Positions 1 to 9,728 of a stretch of 64,000 nt of DNA are shown one piece after another. Position numbers and translations under genes: made by a program. Location of the stretch: positions 2,604,001 to 2,668,000 of the forward strand of contig OY740826.1 in NCBI GenBank assembly GCA_963514005.1, given 5' to 3'. Within the stretch, counting starts at the first letter, position 1. Each line of letters starts with the position of its first letter. The notes below the pieces were generated by a model. That model was not told the origin of the DNA, ran no database searches, and worked only from the letters and a program-made list of their open reading frames with translations. This DNA is from Raja brachyura (lineage: Eukaryota).

Positions 1-325
1 AGGGACAGAGGAAGAGATTTATTGTGAGTGGGACGTTAGATTTGGAGGGAGAGAGAAGGGAGGGATGGAGGGAGGGTCGGTGAGGAGTGGGGTCAACAGG
101 TTATTAAACAGACATTTATCAGACAACAGACAAAGACGATAGGGATGAGGAGAGAGAGGAAGGGAGAGAGTGAGAGAGGGAGGGAGAGAGTGAGAGAGGG
201 AGAGCAAGAGAGAGGGGGGAGGGGAGAGGGAGTGATGGAGAGAGGGAGGAGGGAGCGAGTGAGGTTGGGATGGGGGAGAGGGAAGGTGGATGGGAGGGAG
301 GGGGGGAGCGGTGAGGAGGGGAGCA
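1..325. repeat. Purine-rich (GA/GGA) low-complexity tract
   Basis: Runs of gaga/ggga/gagg. The overlapping ORFs are low-complexity artefacts. Confidence 0.9.
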
Positions 326-503
326 TCGGGTTATTACACAGACGTTTGTACCCTGGGAATAGTCAGGATATGCTGGAGAGAGTGGACGTGTTTGGGTTTA
401 GTGGGGAAGAAGCTAATTGTGTTCGCATGACCCCATGGTTCCCGTCTTTATCAGCATTGACTCTGTCTCTCTCTCTCTTCCTCTCTTGCATTAATCTATA
501 CAG

Positions 504-566
504 AGACTATGGTTTATACCTTCCAGAAGCTCATGGATTTGATTGACCCCTTCATGTTTTCACTTG
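504..566 (+). CDS. Candidate isolated internal exon of an unidentified plus-strand gene
   Basis: Long CT tract and tatacAG acceptor (AG 502-503), then 63 nt, then G|GTAAGT donor at 567. It is open in phase 1-1 (xTMVYTFQKLMDLIDPFMFSL). No partner exons were found. Confidence 0.4.
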
Positions 567-2940
567 GTAAGTACATACAAGCCTTCACTGCATTCAATAG
601 GTACAAAGTGCTGGAGTAACTCAGCGGGACAGGCAGCATCTCTGGAAGAACAGGTGATGTTACAGAAGGGTCCCAACTCGACATTTGGGGAATGAAGAAC
701 CTGAGGACATAGGGTTAATATGAGGGGGGAAAGATTTAATAGGAACTTTTTGGAAACGTTTTCATTCAGAGGGTGGTGGGTGTATGGAACAAGCTGCCGG
801 TGGAGGTGATTGAGGCAGCAACTACAAAAGACATTGGGCAGGTACACGGATATGACAGTTTGGAGGGCTTTTGGACCAAACACAGGCAGGTGGGACTGGT
901 GTAGCTGGGACATATTGGCCAGTGTGGGCAAGTTGGGCCGAAGGGCCTGTTTCCACGCTGTGTGACTCTAAAACAAAAGGGACCACAATGAGATAGATTG
1001 GAAGGTTGGGAAATTGATCTCTAAGTGATATGGCATGGAAACAGGCCATTCAGCCCTACTTGCCCACACTGGCCAACATGTCCCATCTGCACTAGTCCCA
1101 TCTGCCTGCGTTTGGTCCATATCCAAATGTGTCCTATCCATGTACCTGTCTAACGGTTTCTTAAACGTAGGGATAGTCCCTGCCTCAAGTACCTCTTCCG
1201 CCAGCTCGTTCCGTGCACCCCCCACCCTTTGTGTGAAAGAGTAACCCCTCAGATTCCTATTAAATCTTTTCACCTATGTCCTCTGGTTCCACTACTCGGG
1301 CCAAGAGATTCTGAGTGTCTACCCGATCTATTCCTTTTATTATTCCCCCCCCCCCCCCCCCGTCCCCTTATAAAATCACCCCTCATCCTCCTGCACTCCA
1401 GTAATCTGATAACAGAGGGGATGAATCCTTTCCTGAATCTGGCGGTCGCTCTTTCAAGCTTTTGTATTTAGATTCGTACAGTTTAGTTTAGAGATACAGT
1501 GTGGAAACAGGCCCTTCGGCCCACCGGATCAGTGCTGACCAACGATCCCCGCACACTAACAATATTCTACACACACTAGGTACAATTTTTAAAAACATTT
1601 ACACCAAGTCGATTTACCTACATACCTGTACGTCTTTGGAGTGTGGGAGGAAACGGAAGATCTCAGAGAAAACCCATGCAGGTCACGGGGAGAACGTCCA
1701 AGCTCCGTATTGTCAGCACCCGTAGTCGGGATCATAGAAACATAGAAAATAGGTGCAGGTGGAGGCCACTCGGCCCTTTCTCACCTCAGTCTTAAATGGC
1801 TTCCCCTTTATTCTAAGACTGTGGCCCCTGGTACTGGACTCACCCAACATTGGGCACATTTTTCCTGCATCTGGCTTGTCCAGTCCTTTTATAATTTTAT
1901 ATGTTGAAGGATGAGAAGGGATCGAACCTGGGTCTTCGGTGCTGCATTCGCTCTAAGGCAGCAGCTCTACCGCTGTGCCACCATGCCTTCTGAGGGGAGA
2001 AGAGGGAATGGCTGTGGTGTGAGCGGTCCTTGATTATGTTGGTAGTTTTCCGAAGGCAGTGTGAAGGGTAGATGGAGTTGCAAGTTCACAAGTTATCCGA
2101 GTAGAATTAGGCCATTCGGCCCATCGAGCCTATTCCCCCTTCAATCATGCCTGATCTCAGCCCCCCAATCCCATTTTCCTGCCTCCTCCCCTTAACCCTT
2201 GACATCCGTTCTAATCAAGAACTAGTCTTTCTCTGCCTTAAAAATACCCAGTGACTTGCCCTCTGCGGCAAATAATTCAATTTTCACCACATCTGACTGA
2301 ATAAATTGCCCCTCACCTCCTTTCTAAAAGAGCGCCCTTTAATTCTGAGGCTATCTCTGGTCCTAGACTCTCCCACCAATGGAAACATCCTTCCCACATC
2401 CACTCTATGCAGGCCTTTCACTATTCTGTACATTTAAATGAGGTTCGCCCTAAACCTTCTAAACGCCAGCGAGTACAGTCCCAATGCCGTCAAACGCTCA
2501 TCAGACGCTAACCCACAAATTTCTGGAATCATTCTTGCAAACCTACTCAGGACCCTCTCAAGAACCAGCACACCCTTCCTCAGATATGGGGCGATAGGCG
2601 GGGGGGCGAGGTTGGTTTGTGTGACGGGACCAGGCTACATCCACAACTCTCTGTGTATTTTCATATGGTCTTGGGCAGAGCTGTTCCCAAAACAAGTTGT
2701 GATGCTTCCCGATAGGAAGTATACAGTAGTTCAGTAAAGTAATTGGGAAAATACACTTCCGGTGGCGCCATGTTCTAGGGGAGAACAGCGCCAGATCAGC
2801 TCCGTAAAAATCTGCAAAAAAAACGGGGCTAAAGGAGGGTGCTAACGCTACTTACCGCAGGAGATCGATTAAAAACGGCTCCGGTGCGATTGAAGGCTGC
2901 GTGACGTCATCAGGCGCGCGACTTTGGTAAGAAATTTAAA

Positions 2941-4074
2941 ATGCAGCACTCCTCCCCTCCCCCGAAGAAAACGGGCCTAAGAAAAGAGGCTGGTGCCACC
3001 AAAGCCTCGGGCTCGAGTCTGACTGCCTCCCAGGAAGAAATCTCACAGAGAAAAGTGGAAATGGAAGAGTTTAAAAATTCCATGATAGGTGAGATGAAGA
3101 AACTGGTGAAAGAAATAAAAGATCTGAAGAAGGAATATAAAGATGAATTTAAAGACATGAAGAAAGAATATAAAGATGAAATAAAAAATCTAAAAGCGGA
3201 GATTCTGGTGTCTCACGAGAGAACTAAAGTGGAGTTAACAAAAGAAGTTACCGAGACGGTAAAGATTATGATGAGCGAATGGAAAAGTAAGACGGAGGCT
3301 GAATTTCAAAACCGATTCTCTGAGATAAACGTCAAGGTTGCTGGGTTGGAACAAATGCTGAATGATAAGATAGATCCTATTACCATTACAATTGACCAAC
3401 ATAATGATACACTTAAAGATTTGGCTGATTTTGCTGTAAAAAGTGCCAAGGAAACTGAGAAGTTACTTGCCGAGAATAAACGCCTCTCAGAATTACTTCG
3501 CAAAATAAATGAGAAATGTATTGATTTGGAGGGCCGACAAAGACGTAAGAATTTGCGAATTGTAGGATTGACTGAAGGTTGTGAAGGAAATCAAGACCCA
3601 CGAAAATTTGCTGCAAAACTCCTAAAAGACATTTTGGAATTGGATGAAGAACCACTGTTGGGCCGTGCCCACAGGGCTTTAAGACGGGTCCCTGGGAGAG
3701 GTGCACCACCCAGACAAATGATTGTAAAGGTGGTGTATGATCACGTCTTTGAAGATATGATGAAGATAATAATGAGAAAGAGAAATTTGAAATACGAAGG
3801 AAATAACATTAGTATCTTCAGAGATTACCCAGCGGAAGTTGCTAAGAGAAGATCCTTATTCACTGAAACAAGAGGCATTCTACGGAATTTAAAGAATACA
3901 GTGGATCTCAGATATGGTTTGATGTACCCAGCAACACTGAGAGTGACCTATGACAACAAGGAACACCGCTTCGTTAAGCATACTGATGCATTGAAGTTCG
4001 CAAAAGGCATACAGAAGAAGGCAGAAGAGGAGGAAACAGACGATGAATCACGGGAGGAAGAAGACGACGACTGA
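2941..4074 (+). CDS. L1 ORF1p (coiled coil plus RRM/CTD, Transposase_22 type)
   Basis: 377 aa. N-terminal coiled coil and L1 ORF1 motifs DLEGRQRRKNLRIVGL, RAHR, PRQMIVK, IFRDY, YPATLRV. Confidence 0.93.
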   Translation: MQHSSPPPKKTGLRKEAGATKASGSSLTASQEEISQRKVEMEEFKNSMIGEMKKLVKEIKDLKKEYKDEFKDMKKEYKDEIKNLKAEILVSHERTKVELTKEVTETVKIMMSEWKSKTEAEFQNRFSEINVKVAGLEQMLNDKIDPITITIDQHNDTLKDLADFAVKSAKETEKLLAENKRLSELLRKINEKCIDLEGRQRRKNLRIVGLTEGCEGNQDPRKFAAKLLKDILELDEEPLLGRAHRALRRVPGRGAPPRQMIVKVVYDHVFEDMMKIIMRKRNLKYEGNNISIFRDYPAEVAKRRSLFTETRGILRNLKNTVDLRYGLMYPATLRVTYDNKEHRFVKHTDALKFAKGIQKKAEEEETDDESREEEDDD

Positions 4075-4687
4075 ACATTTTGGACTTTTATCATTAACCT
4101 GCGGTTATGAGTTATTCAGTGAGAAAGAGGGAAAATAATGGGAATGTAGTAGTGGTTTGGTATCAATTTGTAGAATTTCAATAATTCCCCTAACATAGTA
4201 TTATTTATCATAATACTAATTACAATAGAATAGTAATTAATAAATAGTTTCATGAATAATAGAAATAATTACTAAACCCTTAAAGTTAGTACCCCACCCC
4301 AATATATACAGTATTCTAGTTGGGAGCTGGAATATTTAACATCTTTTTTAAACACGGAAGTCATTAGATTAATCGCCACGTTAGTGTGGCGTTCACTAAC
4401 ACACACTACACAATCTATCAGTGTAGTCTTTTTTTTCTTTGGGCACCCTTTTAACACTCTTTTTTCTTTTTTCGCTTATATTTTCTATTTTTTTTAATAT
4501 ATTAAGTATTTGAATTTATGTGATATATTATATGAATGTAATTATGAGCAATACCGTATAGTTATTTTAGATAGACATGGATATGGATTATTGAGATTGG
4601 TAATTTTCGTCGGATTGACGTTTGGGTGCCTTGTTGAGCTGGAGGGGCCGAGAGGGCTACTCCAAAAAAAACCACCCTAATACTAAA

Positions 4688-7600
4688 ATGCAAGATATGA
4701 ATTTGAAGACTGGGGATGATGGAATCACTTTTTGTAGTTGGAATGTTAAGGGAATTAATGAACCAATTAAAAGGGGTAAGGTGTTAGCGCAGCTGAATAG
4801 ATTGAAATCAGACGTTATTTTCCTCCAAGAGACGCATCTCAAAAGAGATGATCAATATAGATTAACAGCTAAATGGATGTCAAAGGTATATCACTCTTCA
4901 TTTATACATAAATCTAGGGGAGTCGCAATAATTATTCGTAAAGGTATACCTTTTAAACAAAGTTCTATAATAGAAGATAAAGAGGGCAGATATGTAATAA
5001 TTACAGGGGAATTATACTCAAAAAAAGTAATTCTTATGAATATATATGCTCCTAATTTCGATAACCCATTATTTTTCAAGAAAATATTCAATAATATTCC
5101 TATATCCACTCAACATAATTTAATAATTGGGGGCGATTTAAATTGCACTTTGGATAACTACTTAGACAGATCCTCAACAAAAAGGAAAGCTATTTCTAAC
5201 TCAAGTAAACTTATAAATTCTTTCATTAACTCAACTAACGTTAAGGATATTTGGAGATTAGAGAACCCATCCGGACGAGAATATTCTTTTTTCTCGCCCG
5301 TATTCGGAACCTACTCGAGGATAGATTACTTTTTAATAGACTCAAAACTGCTTCCCTATGCATACAATGCAAAATATCACAATATTATTATTTCAGATCA
5401 TGCACCATTAACATTTAAGATAAAACTAAAAGATATATCTAATAAAACTATGACTTGGAGATTTAATCCTCAGATACTGAAGGACAAGGATTGTTGTAAT
5501 CATGTGACAGAACAGATTAAATTATTCTTTGAGACAAACGACACACCTGAAATTTCACCATTGTTACTTTGGGATACATTTAAGGCATTCATGCGTGGTG
5601 CAATAATATCGGCACAAGCATATTTTAATAAAGAAAACCGAAAGAAGGAACAGAAGTTAGAAATGGAGATAAAACAACTAGACAATGAGAATATAAAACA
5701 CCCCTCTAAGGAGTTAAGTAATAAAATTGCAATAGCAAAGTATAGACTAAACGAAATATACTCTAATCAAGTCATCAAACTTTATCAACAAACCAAACAA
5801 GTGCATTTTGAATTTGGAGATAAACCGCATAAATTGCTAGCAAGACAATTAAGAAAATTAGACGATAAAAAAACGATACATGGAATTAGATCAATGCAAG
5901 GAAATATACTGACCATACCAAAAGATATTAATGATAGATTTTTACAATATTACCAAAATCTTTACTCATCAAAATTAACAGGACAAACAGATGGAATGGA
6001 AACATTTCTAAAAGAATGTCAAATTAAGAGTTTAGATCAGGAAGGGAGACATTTGTTAAATGCTGAAATATCAGTGAAAGATATCGCAGAATCAATTGGT
6101 TCGTTAAAGAATGGAAAAGCTGCGGGGCCTGACGGCCTGAGTGCAGAATTTTATAAAAAATTTCAAGATCTGATCTCTCCAAGACTACATACAGTGTATA
6201 GACATGCATACGAACAAGGAAAATTACCAGACTCTTTAAATGAATCCACAATTACACTTATACCTAAGGTAGATAAAGATCTGGAAGATCCTGGTTCATA
6301 TAGAGCGATTGCCCTTCTAAATACAGACCAAAAAATATTAGCTAAAGTTTTATCTAGGAGACTAAGTTTGGTGATCTCTAAATTAATACATTATGATCAA
6401 ACAGGTTTTATTCCAAAACGCTATTCGTCTCATAATTTAAGACGCCTGTTTAATATTATATATTCTAAAAGAATACGAGATACGGAATTAGCAGTCATAT
6501 CGTTAGACGCAGAAAAAGCATTTGACCAGGTGGAATGGTTATATCTATTTAATATAATGGAAAAGTTTCAATTGGGGGATCAATTTTGTAAATGGGTAAG
6601 AATCCTATACTCAGATCCTACTGCAAGAATTCTAACTAATCAAATACTATCAGTTAAATTTAAACTCTTTAGGGGATGTAGACAAGGATGTCCGTTATCG
6701 CCTTTATTATTTGCCTTGGCGATAGAGCCTTTGGCGGAAAGAATTAGGTCAGAACCTGAAATATACGGTTATAATACTGACAGAACAACTAATAAAATAT
6801 CCTTATATGCAGATGATGTTTTGATTTACATCACAAAACCTGAAATTAGTATTCCAATGTTGTTTGATGTTATAAATAAATTTAGTACATTTTCTGGATA
6901 TAGGATTAATTGGAATAAAAGTGATATTATGCCAATAACTAATATAAATTTAAACATATTACAACAATATCCATTATCAATAGTTACTGACAAAATTAAA
7001 TATTTAGGAATTAATGTATCTAAATCACATAACTCATTAATTAGATCGAATTATCCTCAATTATTAGATAAACTTAAAAAAAATATTTTATATTGGAAAA
7101 CACTGCCTATATCTTTGATTGGTAGAATAAATGCTATAAAGATGGTTTTTCTACCACAATTATTATATCTGTTTCAAGCTATCCCTTTTTTCCTTCCGAA
7201 AACCTTTTTTAAAAAAATTGATAATATTGTTAATAGTTTTATTTGGGATTATAAAAATCATAGAATAAGTAAAAAACATTTATGTAAGTCAAAGATAAAT
7301 GGAGGATTAGCACTTCCAAATTTTTTATACTACTTCTGGGCAGTACAGATTAAGAATATGAATTTTTGGTGGGTAAATACGGACCTGGAACCAACGTGGC
7401 TAAAGATAGAAAAGGAAGATTGTTTGCCTTTCAACGTAGATTCAATTATTTTTGCCCCAAAGGAAGTTCAAAAAAAAACTTATAGGGACAATCCAATCAT
7501 TTATAATAATAGACGTATTTGGAAACAAATAGTCAAGACTTTACAATTAGACAACCTTTCATTTAGATTACCAATTATGAATAACCCATTATTTAAGCCC

Positions 7601-8476
7601 TCCACATTGGATGGAGGGTTCAGACATTGGGATAATTTAGGAATTACAAGGGTAGAGCACCTTTATAGAAATGGAAAATTTCTTTCATTTCAGGAATTAC
7701 AAGATATCTACGGATTGTCTTCACAGCATTTGTTTAGGTATTTCCAAATTAGAGATTATATTAAATCTAATACACAGGATTTTAAAAATAAGGAACCAGG
7801 ATTATTAGATGAATCGTTTAACTGGCATCCAACCACAGAAAAATTAATAGCTTATATATATAACATCATTATGGATAATGAGAATCCAATAACTGAAACA
7901 TATCGTCAAGCATGGGAAAATGAAATTGGATCACCTATAACCAAAGAAAATTGGGGAGAAAGTCTACAAAGAATACACCGGTGCTCGTTAAATGCTAGAC
8001 ATATATTAATACAATTTAAAGTATTATATAGATTACATTATTCAAAAGCCAAATTAAATAGTATATTTCCTAATCTCTCCTCTATTTGTGATAAATGTAA
8101 GAATTTAGAAGCAAATTTAACACACAGTTTTGTTACATGTCCTAAATTGAATTATTATTGGACAGAAATTTTTAAAGTAATTTCTGAAGTTCTTAAGGTT
8201 AAATTAGAACCTGACCCAAAGCTAATAATACTGGGAATTCCAGAGGCTAATTTGATATTTACACCAGACCAAAGAAATTTCCTTGATTATTGTTTGATAT
8301 TGGGGAAAAAAATAATATTGAAATTTTGGAAGGGAACATTATCCCCAACAATTAAAATGTGGGCATCAGAGATGTTGGAGACGTTGCAGTTGGAAAGAAT
8401 CAGATTTGTCCTTTTGGACGAGTATAATTCTTTTCAACAGATATGGTCTCCATATATACAGTATTTAGAGAAGTAG
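4688..8476 (+). CDS. L1 ORF2p (APE endonuclease, reverse transcriptase, C-terminal Cys domain)
   Basis: Uninterrupted ORF from the first ATG at 4688. EN motifs SWNVKG, LQETH, GGDLN, SRIDY, SDHAP. RT motifs GPDG, LDAEKAFD, RQGCPLSP, LYADD, YLGI. C-terminal CDKC..H....C. Confidence 0.96.
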   Translation: MQDMNLKTGDDGITFCSWNVKGINEPIKRGKVLAQLNRLKSDVIFLQETHLKRDDQYRLTAKWMSKVYHSSFIHKSRGVAIIIRKGIPFKQSSIIEDKEGRYVIITGELYSKKVILMNIYAPNFDNPLFFKKIFNNIPISTQHNLIIGGDLNCTLDNYLDRSSTKRKAISNSSKLINSFINSTNVKDIWRLENPSGREYSFFSPVFGTYSRIDYFLIDSKLLPYAYNAKYHNIIISDHAPLTFKIKLKDISNKTMTWRFNPQILKDKDCCNHVTEQIKLFFETNDTPEISPLLLWDTFKAFMRGAIISAQAYFNKENRKKEQKLEMEIKQLDNENIKHPSKELSNKIAIAKYRLNEIYSNQVIKLYQQTKQVHFEFGDKPHKLLARQLRKLDDKKTIHGIRSMQGNILTIPKDINDRFLQYYQNLYSSKLTGQTDGMETFLKECQIKSLDQEGRHLLNAEISVKDIAESIGSLKNGKAAGPDGLSAEFYKKFQDLISPRLHTVYRHAYEQGKLPDSLNESTITLIPKVDKDLEDPGSYRAIALLNTDQKILAKVLSRRLSLVISKLIHYDQTGFIPKRYSSHNLRRLFNIIYSKRIRDTELAVISLDAEKAFDQVEWLYLFNIMEKFQLGDQFCKWVRILYSDPTARILTNQILSVKFKLFRGCRQGCPLSPLLFALAIEPLAERIRSEPEIYGYNTDRTTNKISLYADDVLIYITKPEISIPMLFDVINKFSTFSGYRINWNKSDIMPITNINLNILQQYPLSIVTDKIKYLGINVSKSHNSLIRSNYPQLLDKLKKNILYWKTLPISLIGRINAIKMVFLPQLLYLFQAIPFFLPKTFFKKIDNIVNSFIWDYKNHRISKKHLCKSKINGGLALPNFLYYFWAVQIKNMNFWWVNTDLEPTWLKIEKEDCLPFNVDSIIFAPKEVQKKTYRDNPIIYNNRRIWKQIVKTLQLDNLSFRLPIMNNPLFKPSTLDGGFRHWDNLGITRVEHLYRNGKFLSFQELQDIYGLSSQHLFRYFQIRDYIKSNTQDFKNKEPGLLDESFNWHPTTEKLIAYIYNIIMDNENPITETYRQAWENEIGSPITKENWGESLQRIHRCSLNARHILIQFKVLYRLHYSKAKLNSIFPNLSSICDKCKNLEANLTHSFVTCPKLNYYWTEIFKVISEVLKVKLEPDPKLIILGIPEANLIFTPDQRNFLDYCLILGKKIILKFWKGTLSPTIKMWASEMLETLQLERIRFVLLDEYNSFQQIWSPYIQYLEK

Positions 8477-9159
8477 CTGTTCTTGGCATCACGGCTCGAC
8501 TGACACCCTGCGGGATTTGATGAAAATAATGTATTGGTATACCAGGATATATGCATGTCTTTACTGATATTATTATTTGTAGTTGTTTCATTTATAATAT
8601 ATTGTGTGGCTTTTAATTGATATATATACATAATATGTCTTTTTTCTTTTTCTTCATTTTTTCTTTTTCTTTTATACCAAATAATTATTAAGGAATTATA
8701 ATTTTATTGATTAATAATGGTATTTCTCTATACCCACTTTTATTTTCAAAAAAAAAATAAGATAATAATCATTAGAGTACAAATATTGATTTAAGTGGAT
8801 GTTTATAACTCAGTTTTAAACATTGAGAATTGTTTATTGCTAATAAAAAAAATTATTCAACAGAAACAGGCCCATTTGGCAACTCATCTATGCCAAGAAA
8901 GATGCTCAATTAAAGGTAGTCCCATAAAAATAAAAAATAAAAAAAAAAAAATAAAAAAAGTAATTGGGAAAATACCAAATGTTTAAGAGGATGTTGCCAG
9001 GAGTCGAGGGTCAGGTTAGGTAGGCTGGGACTCTATTCCTTGGAGCGCAGGAGGATGAGGGCTGATCTTATAGGGGTGTACAAAATTGAGAGGATAGGAT
9101 CAGGTAAGCGCATGGAATCTCTTGCCCTGAGTAGGGGAATCGAAGACCAAGGAACATAG

Positions 9160-9728
9160 TTTTGGTCTCCTAATTTGCAGTTTGACCTACTAATTTGAGG
9201 GACATTCTTGCTATTGAGGGAGTGCAGTGTTGGTTCTCGAGGTTAATTCCCAATATGGCCGGACTGTCATCGGTTGATAGAATTGAGCGGCTGGGCTTGA
9301 ATACTCTGGAATTGAGAAGGATGAGAAGGGATCTTATTGAAAAATATAAGATTATTAAAGGATTGGACACGTTAGAGGCAGGAAACATGTTCCCGATGTT
9401 GGGGAGGTCCAGAACCAGGTGCCATGGTTTAAGAATAAGGGGTTGACCATTTAGAAATATGAGGAAAAACTTTTTCACCCAGAGAGTTGAGAATCTGTGA
9501 AATTATCTGTCTCAGAAGGCAGTGGAGGCCAATTCGCTAGATGCTTTCAATAGAGAGTTCGAAAGAGCTCTTAAATATAGCGGAGTCAAGGGATACAGGG
9601 AAAATGCAGGAACTGGATAGTGATTGTAGATAATCAGCCATGATCACATTAAATGGCGGTGCTGGCTCGAAGAGGCAAAGGGCCTACTCCTGCACCCATT
9701 GTCTATTGTCTATTGTCTGCTGTCTATT
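9160..9728 (+). mobile_element. CR1-type LINE 3' fragment
   Basis: Translation LGLNTLELRRMRRDLIE..RTRCHGLRIRG, followed by a (CTATTGT)n tail. Confidence 0.85.

Larger units (their letters stand above)
2755..8956 (+). mobile_element. Full-length L1-clade LINE with 19-bp TSD and poly(A) tail
   Basis: TSD aaagtaattgggaaaatac at 2736-2754 and 8957-8975. 5' end ACTTCCGGTGGCGCCATG, ORF1, AT-rich spacer, ORF2, T-rich 3' UTR, A-rich tail 8926-8956. Confidence 0.96.
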
